Part shown: positions 25,951-36,602 of the stretch, in pieces
Layout of the letters: the number at the start of each line of letters is the position of its first letter
How positions within the stretch are numbered: the first letter of the stretch is position 1
DNA from: an uncultured Acidobacteriota bacterium
GTDB lineage: Bacteria > Acidobacteriota > Vicinamibacteria > Vicinamibacterales > 2-12-FULL-66-21
Direction: 5' to 3'
Length of the DNA: 64,000 nucleotides
NCBI GenBank assembly: GCA_963834305.1
Contig: CAWIAX010000003.1
Location: forward strand, 1,024,661-1,088,660
The notes under the pieces: generated by a model
Seen by the model: only the letters and a program-made list of their open reading frames with translations
Told to the model about the DNA's origin: nothing
The model's database searches: none
Program-made: the position numbers and the translations under genes

Positions 25951-28395
25951 ATGCCCGTCGTCTCCCGTTCGCGCCTGGCGCTGGCCGCCCTGGTCACCGC
26001 TCTGTGGGCGGTCGCGGCCCCCTTGGGCTTGGCGCAATCAGCGCCACCGGCCGCGGCCCGCGCCCCGCAGCTCGACCTGACGAAGGCCACCGTCGTCGTG
26101 GCCGCCGACGCCACGGCGCGCGAACGCGCCGCGGTCACGCTGCTGCTCGAGGAAGTCGCGCGGCGGACCAACGCCAGGTGGACCAGTGCGGAGCGTGGGG
26201 CGAACGGGCAGCCCGCGATCCACGTCGGCCGCCTCGCGACGCTGCGCAAGGGACCGGCCGCCGCGGTGGCCGGCACCGGGTCCGCCCCCGGCGCCGAAGG
26301 CTACCGGCTGCGCTCGTCCGGTGACGTGGTCGTCGTTGGCGGCGCGGACGAACGCGGCGTGCTCTTTGGCGTCGGCCGCCTGCTGCGGTCGCTCGAGATG
26401 TCTCCGGGACGGGTCCTCCTGCCAGCACCATTGGACCTGACCGAAACCCCGGTCGTGGCAGTGCGCGGTCACCAGCTCGGTTACCGTCCGAAGACCAATT
26501 CCTACGACGGCTGGGACGTGCCGCAGTGGGAGCAGTACATCCGCGACCTCGCCGTCTTCGGCACCAACGCCATCGAGCTGATCCCGCCGCGATCGGACGA
26601 TGCGCCAGACAGCCCGCACTTTCCACGCCCGCAGATGGAGATGATGGTCGAGATGTCGCGGCTGGCCGACAAGTACGGCCTCGACGTCTGGGTCTGGTAC
26701 CCGGCGCTCGACGAGAGCTACAAGGCCGAGACCGACATCACCCGCGCCCTCGCCGAGTGGGAAGGGGTACTGAAGCAGCTGCCGCGGCTCGACGCCGTCT
26801 TCGTGCCGGGCGGCGATCCCGGCCACACCGAGCCGGCGGTGATGTTCCGCCTGCTCGAGCGGCAAACAGCCTCGCTCAAGCGCCACCACCCGGCCATGAC
26901 GATGTGGATGTCGCCGCAGGGCTTCACCGCCGAGTGGATGGAGACCTTCTATGGGCTGATGGCGAAGCAGCCGGCGTGGCTGACCGGCCTCGCCATCGGG
27001 CCGCAGAACCGCGATTCGCTGGCCACCGTGCGCAAGCGCATCCCGAAGCAGTATCGCCTCCGCCGCTATCCCGATATCACGCACACCATCCGCGCCGAGT
27101 ACCCGGTGCCAGGCTGGGACGTCGCGTACGCCCGCACGCTCGACCGCGAGCCGATCAACCCGCGTCCCGCTGGACACCGCCGCCGCCTTCCGGCGCTGGG
27201 TGGACGTCGCGCCGGATTTCATCACCTACTCGGAAGGGAACAACGACGACGTCAACAAGATCGTGTGGAGCAGCCTGGGGTGGAACCCGAAGGCCGAGGT
27301 GCGCGAGACGCTGCGCCAGTACGCGCCGCTACTTCGTCGGCCCGGCCTACACGGAGGCGCTTCGCCGACGGCCTGCTCGGCCTCGAGCAGAACTGGCAGG
27401 GATCGCTCGAAGGCAACACCGGCGTGGACCGGACGCTGGCCGCCTTCCAGTCGATGGAGCGTGCCGCGGCGCCGCGCGACCTGCTGAACTGGCGGCTCCA
27501 GCAGCCGCTGTACCGCGCCTACTACGACGCCTACCAGCGGCGGCGCCTGTTGCACGAGCAGCAGGCGCAGGCACGCGCGGTCGCGGCGCTCGACGGCGCC
27601 GCCGGCGTGGGATCGGCGGCGGCCATGGCCGAGGCCGAACGGCTGCTCGCGGCCAGCGCCGAGCCGGTCGCGCTCCAGTTGCGGACGCGGATCTTCCAGC
27701 TCGCCGAAGCGCTCTTCCAGAGCAGCCGCATGCAGCTCAGCGTGCCGCTCTACCGCGCCATCGCCGTCGGGCGCGGCGCCAACCTCGATCTCGTGGACGC
27801 GCCGCTCAACGATCGCGTCTGGTTCGGCGAGCAGTTTGCCGCCATCCGTGCCCTGCCGACCGAGCGCGAACGGCTCGCGGCGCTCGAGCGCCTCGCGCAC
27901 TGGACCGACCCGGGCCCGGGCGGGTATTACGACGACCTCGGCAATCCGGGCGCGCAGCCGCACCTCGTTGCGCCGCCCCCCTTCCGCGAGGATCCCGGTC
28001 CGTATCTGTCGGGGCTCACCGGCTTCGGCAACCAGCCGGGTTGGCGGCTCTCCTGGATGAGCCACGCCGAGGCGTTCTACGATGATGCGCTGCGCATGCG
28101 CTACGACAACCTCGATCCCCAGGCACGCTACACCGTGCGCGTGGTCTACGCCGGCGACATCTACAGCCAGAGCGTGCGCATCCGGCTGACCGCGGACGAC
28201 TCGCACGAGGTGCACGGGCCGATGGCCAAGCCGCAGCCGGTGGCGCCGGTCGAGTTCGCCATCCCGCCGGCCGCGACCGCCGATGGACAGTTGACGCTGA
28301 CGTGGCGCATCAACGAGGGCATCGGCGGCGCCGGGCGCGGCAACCAGGTGGCCGAGGTGTGGCTGATCAAGCAGCCGGCCGAGGCGGCGAGGTGA
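25951..28395 (+). CDS. Large secreted protein with GH20/GH67-like N-terminal domain, putative glycoside-active enzyme
   Basis: Signal peptide; GAEGYRL..GADERGVLFGVGRLLR; compensating frameshifts at about 27170-27360. Confidence 0.65.
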   Translation: MPVVSRSRLALAALVTALWAVAAPLGLAQSAPPAAARAPQLDLTKATVVVAADATARERAAVTLLLEEVARRTNARWTSAERGANGQPAIHVGRLATLRKGPAAAVAGTGSAPGAEGYRLRSSGDVVVVGGADERGVLFGVGRLLRSLEMSPGRVLLPAPLDLTETPVVAVRGHQLGYRPKTNSYDGWDVPQWEQYIRDLAVFGTNAIELIPPRSDDAPDSPHFPRPQMEMMVEMSRLADKYGLDVWVWYPALDESYKAETDITRALAEWEGVLKQLPRLDAVFVPGGDPGHTEPAVMFRLLERQTASLKRHHPAMTMWMSPQGFTAEWMETFYGLMAKQPAWLTGLAIGPQNRDSLATVRKRIPKQYRLRRYPDITHTIRAEYPVPGWDVAYARTLDREPINPRPAGHRRRLPALGGRRAGFHHLLGREQRRRQQDRVEQPGVEPEGRGARDAAPVRAATSSARPTRRRFADGLLGLEQNWQGSLEGNTGVDRTLAAFQSMERAAAPRDLLNWRLQQPLYRAYYDAYQRRRLLHEQQAQARAVAALDGAAGVGSAAAMAEAERLLAASAEPVALQLRTRIFQLAEALFQSSRMQLSVPLYRAIAVGRGANLDLVDAPLNDRVWFGEQFAAIRALPTERERLAALERLAHWTDPGPGGYYDDLGNPGAQPHLVAPPPFREDPGPYLSGLTGFGNQPGWRLSWMSHAEAFYDDALRMRYDNLDPQARYTVRVVYAGDIYSQSVRIRLTADDSHEVHGPMAKPQPVAPVEFAIPPAATADGQLTLTWRINEGIGGAGRGNQVAEVWLIKQPAEAAR

Positions 28396-29219
28396 CGCAG
28401 CCGCCGCGCTCCGTCCTGCCCGCCGCGCCCCCGCCGTGGCGCAGCCCGGTGCGCGAGCGCCTCGAGCGGGGTGAGTTCGTTGTCGGCGTGACGATCTCCT
28501 CGACCAGCCTGGACATGGCGGCGCTGGCGGCGCGCGCCGGCTTCGACTTTCTCTGGGTCGAGATGGAGCACAGCCCGCTGACGCTCGAAACCCTGCGCCA
28601 CATCGTGCTCGTCACCCGCGGGCTGCCCGCGGTGCCGTTCGCGCGCATCCCGACCGGCGAGACGTGGCTGGCCAAGCGCGTGCTCGATGCCGGCGTCCAG
28701 GGGGTGGTCGTTCCCTTCACCAGCACGCCGGCGCTGGCCCGGCAGGCCGCCGAGGCGTGCCGCTACCCGCCGCGCGGCCGCCGCGGCTCGGGCGCGGCGC
28801 TGGCGACCAGCACCTGGCCCTGCGCGTCCCCGTATTACGATTCGGCCGACGCGAACGTGATCGTGGTCGCCATGATCGAGGAGGCGTCGGCCGTGGAGCA
28901 GGTGGAGGAGATTGCCGCCACCGACGGCATCGACGTGCTGTTCGTCGGCACGAGCGATCTGTCGTTTTCGCTCGGGCATCGCGGGAACATGACCCATCCC
29001 GACGTCGAGCGCGCCCTCGTGCGGGTGCGCGAGGCCGCGCATCGGCATGGGCGGGTCGCCGGCCGTCCCGCGGCCACGCCCGCGGCCGTCACTCAATACG
29101 CCGGCGAGGGCTTCCGCTTCTTCCAGGCGCCCACCGACCTGTCGCTCTTTGCGTCGGCGGCCCGCCAGTGGCTCGATCCGCTGTCCCGGTCGATGGCCGG
29201 CCCGAGGGCGGCGTACTGA
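28392..29219 (+). CDS. HpcH/HpaI aldolase family protein
   Basis: GFDFLWVEMEHSP, RYPPRGRRG, VAMIEE, LFVGTSDLS. Confidence 0.92.
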   Translation: MTQPPRSVLPAAPPPWRSPVRERLERGEFVVGVTISSTSLDMAALAARAGFDFLWVEMEHSPLTLETLRHIVLVTRGLPAVPFARIPTGETWLAKRVLDAGVQGVVVPFTSTPALARQAAEACRYPPRGRRGSGAALATSTWPCASPYYDSADANVIVVAMIEEASAVEQVEEIAATDGIDVLFVGTSDLSFSLGHRGNMTHPDVERALVRVREAAHRHGRVAGRPAATPAAVTQYAGEGFRFFQAPTDLSLFASAARQWLDPLSRSMAGPRAAY

Positions 29220-30247
29220 TGCGGCGACCGCTGCCGGAAGCCGGCATTGCCGGCGTGGACTGCAGGAAGCCGCCGGCCACGACGTGCCCCGGCGCACGTT
29301 CCTGCGCAGCTGCCTGGCCGTTGCGGCGGCGGTCGCCGCGGGCTGCCAGCAGGCCGAGCCCCCCTATCCCGGACGCGAGATCCCGCGTCATCGTTCACGC
29401 CTCTCCCGGTGGGATCTCCGACACCGTCGCGCGCTACACGGCGCGCGGACTGAACGAGCAGTTCGGCACGCCGGTGATCTGCGAGAACCGGGTTGGCGCC
29501 ATGGGGGCCGTCGCCTTCGCGGCGGTGCGCGCCGCCGAGCCCGACGGCTACACCGTGGGCTACACGCCGGTCGAGTTCAGCATCATGCCGCACCTGCGCT
29601 ACACGCCAATCTCGTTCGACGACTACGACCTGCTCGCGCGCCACCATCGGGCGCCGGCGGCGCTCGCCGTGCCGGCTTCGTCGCCCTACACCTCGCTCGA
29701 CGGCTTCATCACCGCGATGCGCGCCGGCGATCGGCTGGCGCTCGGATCCGCCGGCCCGGCCAGCGTCTGGCACATCGCCGGCCTGGCGCTCGCGCGCACG
29801 CTCGGACGTCATTTCGTCTACGCGCCGTTTCCCGGCTCGGGCCCGACGGTGACGGCGCTGCTCGGCCACCACCTCGACGCCGTCATCGCGGCGGTGGCGG
29901 AGGTGCAGGCGGTCGTGCGCGCCGGAGCCGTGCGCCTGCTCGGGGTCATGGGCGACGAGCGATCCAGCATCTTTCCCGACGTCCCGACATTTCGTGAACG
30001 GGGGCTGGACCTGCACTTCGAGGCCTGGGGCGGCTTCATGACGCCGCGCGGCGTGCCGGCCGATCGGCTCGCCCGGCTCGAGCGCTCGATCCTGACGGCG
30101 TTCCAGGCGCCGGCGTTCCTCGCCTATTGCCGCACCGCCGGCATCGACGTCGCCATTCTCGACGCCGACGCCTTCCGCCGCTTCGTCGCCGCCGAATCCG
30201 ACCGCTTCGCCCGCATCGTCCGCGAAGAGGGGCTGGTGCCGGCATGA
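29219..30247 (+). CDS. tctC: Tripartite tricarboxylate transporter substrate-binding protein, frameshifted N-terminus
   Basis: PGGISDTVAR, PDGYT, FPDVPTFRERG; RRTFL..AAGC signal. Confidence 0.88.
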   Translation: MRRPLPEAGIAGVDCRKPPATTCPGARSCAAAWPLRRRSPRAASRPSPPIPDARSRVIVHASPGGISDTVARYTARGLNEQFGTPVICENRVGAMGAVAFAAVRAAEPDGYTVGYTPVEFSIMPHLRYTPISFDDYDLLARHHRAPAALAVPASSPYTSLDGFITAMRAGDRLALGSAGPASVWHIAGLALARTLGRHFVYAPFPGSGPTVTALLGHHLDAVIAAVAEVQAVVRAGAVRLLGVMGDERSSIFPDVPTFRERGLDLHFEAWGGFMTPRGVPADRLARLERSILTAFQAPAFLAYCRTAGIDVAILDADAFRRFVAAESDRFARIVREEGLVPA

Positions 30248-30651
30248 CCGGCACACGCGTCATCGCCACCGTGCTCGCGATCCTGGCCGCCGCGGTCCTG
30301 CTCGCGACGTGGGGATATCCCGCGGGTGCGCACGGCGTGCCGGGGCCGGCGCTGCTGCCGCGCATGTTCGGCCTTGCCCTGCTGCTGGTCGCCATCGGCC
30401 TGCTGCGCGCGCCCGGTCCCGCCGGGACGGTGCCGGTGCGCAACGGCCGCGCGATTGCCGCGGCGATCGTGCTGGTGCTCGCCTACGCCGCCCTGTGGAC
30501 CGTCGTGCCGTTCGCCCTGCTCACCGGCGTGGTGCTGGTGGCGTTCCTGCGGGTCACCGGCGTGGCCTGGATCCCCGCGCTGGTGACCGCGGTCCTGCTC
30601 GGCGGCTCCCTCGTGTTCGTGTTCGAACGCGTCCTTGCGGTGAGGTTCTAG
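30244..30651 (+). CDS. tctB: TTT small membrane subunit
   Basis: Four TM helices, PGPALLP; lies between tctC and tctA. Confidence 0.82.
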   Translation: MTGTRVIATVLAILAAAVLLATWGYPAGAHGVPGPALLPRMFGLALLLVAIGLLRAPGPAGTVPVRNGRAIAAAIVLVLAYAALWTVVPFALLTGVVLVAFLRVTGVAWIPALVTAVLLGGSLVFVFERVLAVRF

Positions 30652-30654
30652 CGC

Positions 30655-32153
30655 GTGCCGGATCCGATGCTGCTCCTCGCGCCCCTGCTGTCGCCGGACG
30701 CCTGGCTCTACGTGTTCGTTGGCGTTGCCCTCGGCGTCATCTTCGGGTCGCTGCCCGGGTTCACCGCCACGATGGGGCTGGCGGTGCTCACGCCGTTCAC
30801 GTTCTGGGTCCGGCCCGACCAGGCGCTGGCGATGCTGCTCGGCCTGCTGGTGGCCGCCATCTTCAGCGGCGGCATCCCGGCCATCCTGCTCAACACGCCG
30901 GGGACACCCGCCTCGATCGCGATGACGTGGGACGGCTATCCGCTCGCGCGCTCGGGCCGGGCGGGGCTGGCGCTCGGCGTCAATGCCGTTGCCGCCTTCG
31001 TCGGCATCTTCCTCAGCCTCGTCGTGCTGCTCCTGGCCGCGCTGCCGCTCTCGCGCGTCGCGCTCCGCTTCGGCCCCGCCGAGTACTTCGCCGTCGCGAT
31101 GTTCGGCATCAGCACGATGGTCGGCGTCTCCGGCGGGTCGATGCTCAAGGGGCTCGCCATGGGCGTGCTCGGACTGCTGCTGGCCACCATCGGCCTCGAC
31201 GCCATCACCGGCTATCCGCGCTTCACCTTCGGCCTGCCCGAGCTGCTCGACGGCATCTCCTTCATCCCGGTCATGGTCGGCCTGTTCGGCGTCGCCGAGG
31301 TGTTCTGCCAGATGGCGGGGCCGGCGCGCGCCACCAATCTCGACGCCGCGACGACGGCGGGGGTGCTGCCGTCGCTGGCCGAGACGCGGCCGCTGGTGCC
31401 GCACGCGCTGCGCGGATCGGCGATCGGCATCTGGATCGGGTTGATGCCGGCCGCCGGCGCCGACGTCGGGGCGATCCTCGCGTGGGATCAGAGCCGCCGC
31501 TTCTCGCGGAAGCCGGAGGCCTTCGGCAAGGGCTCGCTCGAGGGGCTGGTCGCCGCCTCGACCGGCGCCAATGCCGGCATCGGGGGGTCGCTCGTCACCA
31601 CGCTGGCGCTCGGCATTCCGGGCGACTCGGCGGCGGCGGTGCTGATCGGCGCGCTGCTGATGCACGGCCTGCAGCCGGGGCCGCTGCTGTTCCGCAACCG
31701 TCCCGATCTCGTCGCCACCATCGTCACGCTGGTGTTCATGGCGGCGCTGCTCACCCTGGTGTGGGGGCTGCTTGGCGCGCGCGTGCTCGCGAAGCTGCTG
31801 CACATCCGCGACCAGTACCTGTGGGCGACGATCCTGGTAGTGAGCCTGGCCGGCAGCTACGCGCTCAACGGGTCCGTCGGCGACGTCTGGACGGCCGTCC
31901 TGGCGGGCATTGCCGGGTTCGGCCTGCGGCAATTCGGGTTTCCGATGGGCCCGCTGGTGCTGGCGCTCATTCTCGGGCCGCTCGCCGAGTCGAACCTGCG
32001 GCGGGCGCTGGCGCTGTCGGAGGGGTCGCTGGCCATCTTCTTCACGCGGCCGATCACCGTGCTGTTCCTGGTGCTGACCGTCCTGACGCTGGTGTGGCCG
32101 CTGCTGCGGCGCGGCAGGGCGCGGGGTGCGGGGGGCCGGGTGAGGAGGTCTGA
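30655..32153 (+). CDS. tctA: TTT large permease (end approximate, stop lost to frameshift)
   Basis: ILLNTPGTPAS, TLALGIPGD, GLQPGP, LILGPLAESNLRRAL. Confidence 0.93.
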
Positions 32154-32498
32154 GCGGCCCCTGCGGCGCAGAATCAGCGGGGACCAGGCGCGGGGTCAAG
32201 TGACGCGCGGATGCAGTCAGCGCCTATCGTTTCGAGCGAAGACGCTCGATCGTCCGCCTGTTCACGAAAAGCCAGGCGCAGCCGCAACTCCTCGCCGCTA
32301 TAGAACAGGTAGTCCGCAGGTGGCGGCAATGCAGGCGCGTAGACCGGCGCGACGTAGTCGTACGTCCGCACGAACAGCCGCGGATTGTCTTCCGGCTTGT
32401 CCTGCGCGCGGCCGGCCGTCCCAATCGCGCCGATCGCGTTTGTGATGCATGGTCCCGCTCCACGGCCGTGCTCCCGGGTTGAGGGCGGAACAGGCGTC

Positions 32499-32803
32499 CT
32501 ACGCCGCAGCCCGCGGGCGCACGTCCCGTTTGATCTGGCCCGCTGAGGCACGCGTGGCGACGTCGAGGTCGTAGGCGCCCTGCAGATTGATCAGAACTCT
32601 GGTGTCGTCTCGAAGTAGCGCGCGAGCCGCAGCGCCGTGTCGGCCGTGATGCTGCGCCGCCTATTCACGATCTCGCTCATGCGCGTCACCGGCACTCGAA
32701 GATCGCGGGCCAGCCGGTTGATGCTGAGCCCGAGTGGCGCCAGCAAATCCTCGCGGAGGATCTCGCCAGGGTGCACGGGCGGCAGCCGACGACTCTTTGC
32801 CAT
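32499..32803 (-). CDS. higA: HigA-family antitoxin (XRE HTH), one frameshift
   Basis: PVHPGEILREDLL..ITADTALRLARYF; restoring one G gives PEFWINLQGAYDL..AAA* ending at 32499. Confidence 0.88.
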
Positions 32804-33093
32804 GGTCCCTCCCGAACGCTAGTGGTGCCCTGTCGCTGACCGTTCAGAGCCGCGTCTCACGCGGTGCCGCGGGTCCAGACGGACTTCAAATCCTGACCGG
32901 CAGTCGCCTGCCAGCCCGATTCAGGTTCACATCGGATGGACGGTGGGGCCATGGAAGTCTGCGCACCGAAGTCGATCAGCCTGGAGAATTTTCCGTCAAC
33001 GACGGCCCCGGGCGGTGTATAAACGTGGCAATTTGGTGGCAGACAGACGCGGGAGCGTCCAGGTCCTCACTCCAATCACCGAGGAAATCCGGT

Positions 33094-36000
33094 ATGCGAA
33101 GAGCACTGGCGTTGGGCTGTCTTGTCGTCGCGACGCTGTTCGTCCCCCTGTCAGCCCTGGCCGGCCAGGCGGTCTACGGGAACATCGTCGGCACCGTGGT
33201 CGATCCGTCCGGGGCGGGCGTCCCGAATGCGAAAGTGACCATCACGGACACGAGCCGGGCGGTGACGTCCACGACGACGACCAACGAGTCGGGCTTCTTC
33301 ACGCAGCGGTTCCTGCTGGCCGGGACGTATCAGGTGCGCGTGGAGGCGAGCAGCTTCCGCGGCTACGTGCAGGACGTGAGCGTGTCGGTCGACCAGGAGA
33401 CCAGCCTCAACGTGAAGCTGCGAGCTGGGTGACCTCAGCGAGACCGTAGAGGTGAGCGCGGGCACGCCGCTCCTGAAAACCGAACGCAGCGACGTCGCGA
33501 CCACGTTCAGCGAGAAGACCGTCGCCAGCCTGCCCATCCTGAACCGCCGCTTCACGGCCTTCGAGCTGCTGACGCCGGGCGTGCAGGCGACGACGTCGCA
33601 GACCGCGGCGAGCGAGGATCCGCAGGGGTCGTACCGGAAGGTGGTCAACGGCCAGAGCTTCGCCGGCTCCTCGCACCTGCTCGACGGCACCGACAATCAC
33701 GACGCGCTCCTCGGCCTCATCGTCATCAACCCCACGCTCGAGTCGGTCACCGAGGCGAAGGTGACGACCGCGAACTACGACGCGGAGTTCGGGGCGACGG
33801 CGGGGGTGATCAGCGCGCAGACGAAGTCCGGCACCAACACCTTCCGGGGCGCGGTGTCCCACTTCCTGCGCAACGACGTCTTCAACGCGCGCAACCCGTT
33901 CACGCAGTTCCAGAAGATCCGCGGGACCGATCGCTATATCCCGGTGACCCAGTGGAACCAGTTCGGCGCCGCGCTCAGCGGGCCGGTGGTGAAGAACTCG
34001 CGTGTTCTTCTTCGGAGACTACCAGGGGACGCGGCGGAACACCGGCGGGTCGGCGCTGCTGCGTGTGCCGTCGGCGGCCGAGCGGGCGGGGGATCTGAGC
34101 GGCCTGGGCGTCAACATCTTCGACCCGGCGGGCGCGGCCACGCTGGCCGACCGCCAGCAGTTTGCCGGCAATCAGATTCCGGCGAACCGTCTGTCGCCGC
34201 AGGCGCAGAATCTGCTCAGGCTCATCCCGCTGCCGAACATCGAGGGCACCGTGCGTGATCAGCCCAACTACGTCGGCGCGGGAACCATCGTGTTCAACGA
34301 GGATCTGGCGAACACCCGCTGGGACTACTTCCTGAGCTCCCGCACGCATCTCTTCGCGCGCTACAGCCTGGCCGACTACCGCATGGATGCGCCGGGCATT
34401 TTCGGCGAGGTCGCCGGCGGGCGCGGGTTCGACGAGGCGGCGCCGTTCGCCGGCGTCTCGCGGACGCGCAACCAGAGCCTGGCCGCCGGTTTCGACCATT
34501 CGCTCGGGCCGAACTGGCTGACCGACGTTCGCTTCGGCTGGTTCCGCTATCGTGTCAACGTCGATCCGGGCGGCGGCAACATCAACCCGGCGAACGAGGC
34601 GGGCATTCCCGGCTTGAACCTCGACGACTTCAGCCGCGGGATGCCGGCGGTGCTCCTCAACGGCTACGGGCCGGGAGGCAACGCGGGCAACCAGTTCAAC
34701 TTCGGCTACGCGCTGCAGTTCGCGCGCTGCAACTGCCCGCTGCGGCAGAACGAGCAGCAGTTCCAGGTCGTCAACAACTGGACCAGGCTGCAGGGCAACC
34801 ACACCATCAAGTTCGGCGCCGACATCCGCCACGCGCGCAACCTGCGCATCCCGAGCGACCGGCATCGCGCCGGCGAGCTGCAGTTCAACGCGGCGCGGAC
34901 GCAAGGGCCCACCGGCGGCGGCTCGGCGCTGGCGTCGTTCCTGCTCGGGGACGTCAGCGTCTTCGAGCGCTATGTCAGCAGCGTGACCGACGCCGAGGAG
35001 CGGCAGAACCGCTACTTCTTCTACGGGCAGGACCAGTGGAAAGCGACGCGCAAGCTGACCATCAACTACGGGCTGCGCTGGGAGATCTACCGTCCGCAGA
35101 CCGTGACCGGGGCGGGCAAGGGGGGCTTCATCGACGTCGACACCGGCGAGGTGCTGGTCGCCGGCAGTCCAGGCGTCGGCCTGGACCTCAACGTCGAGGG
35201 AACGATGAAGACGCTGGCCCCGCGGCTGGGGATTGCCTATCGGGCCACCGAGAGCACCGTCGTGCGCCTGGGTTACGGTCGCGGCTACGACATCGGGATC
35301 TTCGGGTCGGTGTTCGGGCACAACGTCACGCAGAACCTGCCGGTGCTCGGCATCCAGTCCATGCAGCCGCCGCGCAACTTCGATGCAGTGTTCAACCTCG
35401 GCCAGGGGCCGCCGGCGCTCGATCCGGAGACCATCCTCGGCCGGCAGCCGCTCGGGCCGAACGGACGTCCGCTGCTGCCGAACGGCGTCACCGCGTTCAT
35501 CATCCCGAAGAAGCTGCGGCTGCCGACCAACGATGCGTGGAACCTCACCATCCAGCACCAGCTGCCGGGCGACCTCGCCGTGGAGGCCGCCTACATCGGC
35601 AACAAGGGGACGCACGTCTTCGCCGGCTTCGGCGGCGACTACGACTTCAACCAGGCCAGCATCGAAGGGTTCGGCACGCTGACCACCAACCAGCGGAAGC
35701 CGTTCTTCAACAAGTTCGGATGGAGCCAGAACTTCCGCTACTACGGCAGCGACGCGAGCAACAACTACCACGGGATGCAGCTGAAGGCGGAGAAGCGCTT
35801 CTCGCGGGGCTACTCGTTCCTCACCCACTACACCTTCTCGCGGGCGTTCAACTACACGAACACCTACTACAACATCGACCGGACGCTCGCCTACGGTCCG
35901 AACGACAACCACCGCAAGCACGTCTTCGGCCTCAACGGCGTGTGGGAGCTGCCGTTCGGGGCGGGCCGGAGGTATCTGCGCGACGCCGGCGGCGCGCTGA

Positions 36001-36515
36001 ACACGCTCGTCGGCGGCTGGCAGGCGGCGACCGTCTACACCTGGCAGAGCGGGCTGCCGTTCACGCCGACCTATCGCGATTGCAACGCCGACCGCGACAC
36101 CGGGTGGTGCCGCCCGGATCTGGTCGGGGACTGGAAGCCCGAGAAGCAGACGGCCGCCGCGTGGTTCGTCACCACACCGGTGGCGGCGGACGGACGGGTC
36201 ACGCCGCTGACCGTCAACGGCCAGACGCTCGGCCCGTGGCGCCGTCCCGAGCGCGGGACGTTCGGCAACGTCGGCCGCAACCGGCTGCTCGGCCCGTCGT
36301 TCTCGCAGCTGGATCTGTCGCTGTTCAAGAACCTCGTGGCGACCGATTCGTTCCGCGCGCAGTTCCGGGCCGAGGCGTTCAACCTGCTGAACACCGTCAA
36401 TCTCGCCAACCCGAACACGTGCGTGGACTGCCCGGGCACGGCGGGGCGGATTACCAACATCTTCCAGCTGGCGGTGATGCGGCAGTGGCAGTTCGGGCTG
36501 CGGCTGGAGTTCTGA
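33094..36515 (+). CDS. Oar-type TonB-dependent receptor with carboxypeptidase-regulatory N-domain, two frameshifts
   Basis: GTVVDPSGAGVPNAKVTI, TKSGTN, NYGLRWE, APRLGIAY, QFRAEAFNLLN, QFGLRLEF*. Confidence 0.93.
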
Positions 36516-36562
36516 GCTAGGCTGGTCAGGGCCGTGCCGGGTGCGACGCTGTCGCTCACGGA

Positions 36563-36589
36563 GGTGGCGCGCCACGGTGGTGCGCCACC
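36563..36589. terminator. Hairpin between convergent genes
   Basis: GGTGGCGCGCCA-CGG-TGGTGCGCCACC (one G-U pair). Confidence 0.55.
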
Positions 36590-36602
36590 CTGATTGACGC
36601 GT

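Noticed and set aside
32820..33010. Possible degenerate MITE with imperfect terminal repeats
   Set aside because: Only about 10/14 match, single copy, no target duplication.
33026..33041. TGGCA-based GG-N10-GC possible sigma54 site before the TonB receptor
   Set aside because: Poor -12 element and an adjacent TATAAA alternative; ambiguous.
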